Assembly (NCBI GenBank): GCA_965223335.1
Contig: OZ244991.1
Location: 800,001 to 864,000, forward strand
Direction: 5' to 3'
From: Thermodesulfobacteriota bacterium
GTDB lineage: Bacteria > Desulfobacterota_D > UBA1144 > Nemesobacterales > UBA2774
Length of the DNA: 64,000 bases
Translations under genes and position numbers: made by a program
Part shown: positions 59,142 through 64,000 of the stretch, piece after piece
How positions within the stretch are numbered: position 1 is the stretch's first letter
How the letters are laid out: each line of letters begins with the position of its first letter
Notes under the pieces: model-generated
What the model was told of the DNA's origin: nothing
Seen by the model: the letters and a program-made list of their open reading frames with translations, nothing else
Database searches by the model: none

Positions 59142-61103
59142 ATGATAAAAATCTTAATTGTTGAAGACGAACAGATCGTCGCGACCGATATTAAAAATAA
59201 ACTGTCTCGGCTTGGATACGAGGTAACCGCTGTTGTAAACAGCGGTGAGAGCGCATTAGAAGAGGTATCCAAAAACATCCCCGACCTGGCGTTGATGGAT
59301 ATAAAGCTCGAAGGGGATATGGACGGAGTCGAGACCGCAGGTTATCTAAGGGAAAAATACGATATCCCTGTTATCTATCTTACCGCTTTTGTAGATCAAA
59401 ACACCCTAGAAGGTGCCAAGGTCACTCAACCTTACGGTTACATACTAAAACCATTTGTGTTAAAAGAGCTTCAGAGCAATATTGAGATAGCAATACATAG
59501 AAGCCGCCTGGAAAAAAAGCTGCGACAGCGCGAACAATGGCTAAGCACCATCCTCCACTCAATAGGTGACGCTGTAATCGTAACAAACGAGAATGAAGAA
59601 ATAATGTTCATGAACCCTGTGGCAGAACACCTAACCGGCTCAGTCGAAGACGAGGTAAAGGGTAAGAATCTCGAAGACGTATACAGTTTGGTTGTCGATG
59701 ATTCAATCGACGAATCTAGTCAGGTTGCAAAGAGTTATTCAGAGCCCGAGAGTATTGACTCCCTCCGTAGACACTCGGGCAGGTTAATAAAAAACGGCAC
59801 CGAGATACCTATAGAAGAAAACATTGCCCCTATTAAAGACCACAAAGGCGACAAAACGGGATCGGTGCTTGTGTTCCGAGACATATCAGAGCTAAAAAAT
59901 ATTCAGGATTACCTTGTTAAAATCCAAAAAATAGAGTCACTGGCAATACTTGCCGGTGCCATAGCTCACAACTTCAACAACAGCCTCACAGCCATTCTCG
60001 GCAACCTTTCATTGGTCCATTCGTTCCTCACACCCGACGACAAGCTCTACGATATGATTACCGATGCCGAAGACGCTACGATGATAGCCAGAAACCTAAC
60101 CCAGCAGCTCTCTACTTTTTCAAAGGGTGGGGTCTCAGAGTATAAAGAGGTCTCTTCGATTGGCTCATTGCTCACAAAAACCGCAAACCTCGCACTCGAG
60201 GGTTCCCATATAGAAAAAGAGTTGAGTATACCTGCCGACCAACCTATAAATTCCGATGCAAAAGGAGCTCCGGACGGGCTCTGGCCGGTAAATATCGACG
60301 TCGAATTAATCACACAGGCCATCAACAACGTAATAATGAACGCGAAACAGGCCATGCCGGCCGCTGGCACACTAAGCATCACAGCCAAAAACATCGACAA
60401 CTTGCCCTCTGAGAAAAACGGCGGTGAAACCCGCCCCTATGTCATGATTACGATCAAAGACACCGGCATCGGCATAACTAAAGACGACCTGCCCAAGATC
60501 TTCGATCCGTTTTTCTCAACAAAGAGCGCAGAGACCGGACTTGGGCTTGCCGTAACCAGGTCCATTATTCTAAACCATGACGGTCTTATAGAAATAGACT
60601 CCGAGGTTAACAAAGGCACTACCTGTAATATCTATTTGCCCGCTACAGTTGTTGCGGAACACAAAACAGCCGAGTCCCCAGAAGCAATTATATACGGTAA
60701 AGGCAGGGTGCTTGTAATGGACGACGAGATCCATGTCAGAAAAGTTGTATCCGAAATGCTCGCTCATCTCGGTTACGACGTAGTATCCTCTGAAGAAGGC
60801 CTAGAGGCCACAAAACTATACGAACAGGCTTACAAATCGGAACAGCCCTTTGACGCAGTATTGATGGACCTTACAGTTAAAATCGGCATGGAAGGCAGCG
60901 AGGCAACCAAGAGGATTTTGGAGCTTGACCCCAATGCCAAGGTTATCGTATCAAGCGGCTATGCCGATAGCCCCATCATATCCAACTATCTCGATTACGG
61001 GTTTGTGGACCGGATTGTTAAACCCTATCGGATACAGGCGTTGAGCAAGGTTATGCACAGTGTCATAGAGAGCGAAAAAAATCTGGACAATCTAACCACC
61101 TAG
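59142..61103 (+). CDS. Hybrid histidine kinase REC-PAS-HisKA-HATPase-REC
   Basis: ILIVEDE, AHNFNNSLT, NAKQAM, DTGIG, FDPFFSTK, GLGL, VLVMDDE. Confidence 0.9.
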   Translation: MIKILIVEDEQIVATDIKNKLSRLGYEVTAVVNSGESALEEVSKNIPDLALMDIKLEGDMDGVETAGYLREKYDIPVIYLTAFVDQNTLEGAKVTQPYGYILKPFVLKELQSNIEIAIHRSRLEKKLRQREQWLSTILHSIGDAVIVTNENEEIMFMNPVAEHLTGSVEDEVKGKNLEDVYSLVVDDSIDESSQVAKSYSEPESIDSLRRHSGRLIKNGTEIPIEENIAPIKDHKGDKTGSVLVFRDISELKNIQDYLVKIQKIESLAILAGAIAHNFNNSLTAILGNLSLVHSFLTPDDKLYDMITDAEDATMIARNLTQQLSTFSKGGVSEYKEVSSIGSLLTKTANLALEGSHIEKELSIPADQPINSDAKGAPDGLWPVNIDVELITQAINNVIMNAKQAMPAAGTLSITAKNIDNLPSEKNGGETRPYVMITIKDTGIGITKDDLPKIFDPFFSTKSAETGLGLAVTRSIILNHDGLIEIDSEVNKGTTCNIYLPATVVAEHKTAESPEAIIYGKGRVLVMDDEIHVRKVVSEMLAHLGYDVVSSEEGLEATKLYEQAYKSEQPFDAVLMDLTVKIGMEGSEATKRILELDPNAKVIVSSGYADSPIISNYLDYGFVDRIVKPYRIQALSKVMHSVIESEKNLDNLTT

Positions 61104-61239
61104 TTGCCCACTGCATTTGTCTTAAATTACTAAGCATATAAATACAGTGTTCACTCCCACACACCGCTGAGTCATCCTATGTGGATTAAAATTGTTATAT
61201 TTGATACTATTTCACTATTATCCCACTAGGAGGCTTTTG

Positions 61240-62718
61240 ATGTCGGATGGCAAAATCAGACAATACGGACTGTTTATTGACGGCAAAGAGATCAGCGCCA
61301 AAGACGCTAAAACATATACAAGAGAAAACCCCGCTACGGAACAACCGTTTGCTGAAATAGCCGAGGCCGGAAGAGAAGATATAGGCAAAGCAGTCGAGGC
61401 CGCTAACAGAGCATTTGTGTCCTGGTCAAAACTCACCATCCCCGAGCGTCTAAAACACATAAACAACATAAGGGATATCCTTGTCGAAAACACAGAGAAA
61501 ATCGCACTTACAAACACACTGGAAACAGGGAAACCGCTTAGAGAGAGCAGGCTGGTTGAGGTAGGCGGCTCTGTAAGAACACTTGAATACTACGCAAGTA
61601 TTGCAAACACCATCAAGGGCGAGAGCATCATAGCGTCTGAAAACCAGATCACTGTCACTATAAATGAGCCGATTGGTGTCGTAGCTCACATAATCCCCTG
61701 GAACTTCCCTCTGTTACTTTCGTTTTGGAAGATAGCCCCCGCACTTGTTGCCGGGTGCACAATAGTGCTTAAGCCGGCCGAGTTCACCCCCTGCGGTATT
61801 CTGGAGGTTGCCAAGCTATGCTCCGAGGCCGGGCTCCCCGACGGGGTGCTAAACGTTGTCCCGGGTCTGGGTGAAGTTGCAGGCCAAGCACTCGTGGAAC
61901 ACCCCGATGTTAGCAAGGTTGCATTTACAGGCTCTACAGAGGTCGGAAAACACGTCATGAGAACCGCTGCCACCGACGTAAAGAGGGTATCGCTTGAGCT
62001 CGGGGGTAAGGCCCCCTGTATCATCTATGATGACGCCAACCTGGACAATGCCATAGAAGCCACTCTTAGGGGTGGGTTCTTTAACCAGGGAGAGAACTGT
62101 ACTGCTGTCACACGTCTACTCCTTCACGAAGACATTTACGATAGCTTTCTCGATGCTTATATCGATAGGGTATCAAAGATCAGGATAGGGGACCCGCTCG
62201 AAGACGATACAGAACTCGGTGCACTTATATCGAAAGAACATTTTGACACGGTAAGCAAATATTTTGAAAAAGGGGTAAGCGAGGGTGGGCGGGTGCTCCA
62301 CGGCGGAAAACGCCCAGATCAATTGGATAAAGGCTACTTCTTTGAGCCCACTGTGCTGGCCGATGTCAGCCCCAAAGCAACAATTGCGTGCGAAGAGATA
62401 TTCGGCCCCATAGTAGCAGCAATGCCTTTTAAAACCGAACAAGAGGCAATCGACATAGCCAACGATACCATCTACGGACTTGCTGGCGGTATTTGGACCG
62501 AGAACATCGGCAAAGCACTAAGAACAGCCAAAGCCCTAAAAGCAGGGTACCTTTGGGTAAATACATACGGGGGCATAATCCCCGAGACTCCCTACGGAGG
62601 GTTCAACCAAAGCGGTATCGGCAAAGAACTGGGTGCAGACGGGCTCGGCATGTATCTTGAGACCAAAGCCGTAAATATATTCACCGGCAGCCAAATCCCC
62701 AGCTGGTACAAGGGGTAA
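61240..62718 (+). CDS. NAD(P)-dependent aldehyde dehydrogenase
   Basis: PWNFP, FTGSTEVG, LELGGK, NQGENC, EEIFGP; GGAGG before ATG 61240. Confidence 0.95.
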   Translation: MSDGKIRQYGLFIDGKEISAKDAKTYTRENPATEQPFAEIAEAGREDIGKAVEAANRAFVSWSKLTIPERLKHINNIRDILVENTEKIALTNTLETGKPLRESRLVEVGGSVRTLEYYASIANTIKGESIIASENQITVTINEPIGVVAHIIPWNFPLLLSFWKIAPALVAGCTIVLKPAEFTPCGILEVAKLCSEAGLPDGVLNVVPGLGEVAGQALVEHPDVSKVAFTGSTEVGKHVMRTAATDVKRVSLELGGKAPCIIYDDANLDNAIEATLRGGFFNQGENCTAVTRLLLHEDIYDSFLDAYIDRVSKIRIGDPLEDDTELGALISKEHFDTVSKYFEKGVSEGGRVLHGGKRPDQLDKGYFFEPTVLADVSPKATIACEEIFGPIVAAMPFKTEQEAIDIANDTIYGLAGGIWTENIGKALRTAKALKAGYLWVNTYGGIIPETPYGGFNQSGIGKELGADGLGMYLETKAVNIFTGSQIPSWYKG

Positions 62719-62793
62719 ATTTATTCGTCGCTGGAAAGGGCTGTTAATTGTTTGCGAGCCCCAAACTACTCGTTATAAAACTACACTTTAGTA

Positions 62794-63918
62794 ATGACTA
62801 GACCGAAATCCCTTTTATCCCTCATATTAGCAACCACAATATTCCTCATCATGGGATCACTTATCATTGTGATGTTTTTTTGGGGCAAACAGCTCTACAC
62901 CACAGCTTTTATACTATCGCAAGTCGTCCCCGACTCCCCTCAGTTATTCGACGGGCTCAAACATGAATATAAATTTGAGGAGGTTGAATTTAGCCCCCCG
63001 GTCACAGAAACCCTTGAGAGTGGTGAAGACGAAATCCTAGAGGAACATATATTCAGATGGATAGACCTTTATATGCCAACAGATATCTCACGGGTCCCGA
63101 TGGTGGTTGTTATACCAGGGTTCACACCAGAGGGCTCTCGTGACCAGAGGCTCGTTAACTTGGCCACTGCATTCGCACGATCCGGGATCGGTGTAGCTAT
63201 CCCGCGCTCCCCCACAATCAGAAACAGACAGTTCTCTTCCGAGGACATAGAGCGCGTCATAGATACATATAACTATATTGAGTCGCTTGAAAATGTAGCA
63301 CAAGATCGAATCGGAATAATCGGATTTTCTATCGGCGGCTCCTACGCTTTAGTATCCGCCTCTAAGCTGGGTGCTAAGCCCCTATTTGTGCTATCCCTGG
63401 GGGGATACTACGATTTAACTGACTTTTTTGCCGAGATTATATCTAATGAGGCCCGGATCGGTGATGACACCCGCCCTTGGACCCCCGACAATCTCTCCGT
63501 GGAATTAGCAGGCAAGGTAGTAAAAGCACAGTTGTTAGAGTCTGATGCCAACTCCGTCCTCAACGGTAAACACTCTTTTATTGATGCCAAAAAGATTACT
63601 GAATCATTCGGTAACGATTTCCATACACTTGCCTCGGCAATGTCCCCCTCAAACTCTCTAGACTCTATCAAGACCGATGTTTTCATTTTCCACGACGAAT
63701 CAGACAACATAATCCCTGTCGAGGAATCGCGCAAATTGCGCAGCGCTCTGCCGAGCGTGATAAACATTAATTACGCGGAATTCTCAAACTTCCGCCATGC
63801 TACTCCTCTTACGCTTATCAGCACCGACATCCCGCTATTGTTCCGAAAGCTCCTCGGTGCTATTAATCTGCTCTTGAGACCCGAGAAGACCAACCCCAAG
63901 ACCGCACCCTCTAACTGA
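62794..63918 (+). CDS. Membrane-anchored alpha/beta hydrolase
   Basis: N-terminal TM, GFSIGG nucleophile elbow, HDESDNIIP acid, FRH histidine. Confidence 0.8.
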   Translation: MTRPKSLLSLILATTIFLIMGSLIIVMFFWGKQLYTTAFILSQVVPDSPQLFDGLKHEYKFEEVEFSPPVTETLESGEDEILEEHIFRWIDLYMPTDISRVPMVVVIPGFTPEGSRDQRLVNLATAFARSGIGVAIPRSPTIRNRQFSSEDIERVIDTYNYIESLENVAQDRIGIIGFSIGGSYALVSASKLGAKPLFVLSLGGYYDLTDFFAEIISNEARIGDDTRPWTPDNLSVELAGKVVKAQLLESDANSVLNGKHSFIDAKKITESFGNDFHTLASAMSPSNSLDSIKTDVFIFHDESDNIIPVEESRKLRSALPSVININYAEFSNFRHATPLTLISTDIPLLFRKLLGAINLLLRPEKTNPKTAPSN

Positions 63919-64000
63919 TTCTGAAAAAATTCGTTATCTATCTGTTACAACTTGAATTATAGATTATCTATTTTATAATACCTTGATTTTACATCGGGTC

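Overview
A 64-kb bacterial chromosomal window, mostly housekeeping genes. The gene set resembles deltaproteobacteria-related lineages such as Ca. Dadabacteria, but that is an impression from gene content, not a search result. It contains ftsB, thrC, thiE, a deoxyhypusine-synthase-like gene, leuS, a family-4 UDG, typA, mnmG, a sigma-70 paralogue, a type II secretion operon (gspC-D-E-F-G-H-I-J-K plus a RavA-like AAA+ ATPase), dacB, polA, lsrF, bioB-A-F, a three-gene signalling cluster and two tRNAs (Arg-CCG, Leu-CAG). The standout region is 10.7-17.4 kb, directly after tRNA-Arg: a tandemly duplicated three-part module. Each copy has (i) a secreted acidic Cys-containing protein A, (ii) a homologous larger protein B with a divergent jelly-roll-like insert, a Pro/Thr stalk and a Cys-TM-basic C-terminal anchor, and (iii) a ~105-nt structured non-coding element whose 56-nt core is identical in both copies. 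The copies are mosaics of near-identical scaffold DNA and highly divergent loops or inserts, suggesting an undescribed variable surface-protein system with its own small RNA. Other oddities: tRNA-Arg overlaps the UDG stop codon, gspI apparently starts at ATA, the secretin carries a TM-LysM extension, and several genes look leaderless. No CRISPR array, rRNA, integrase, transposase or reverse transcriptase was seen.
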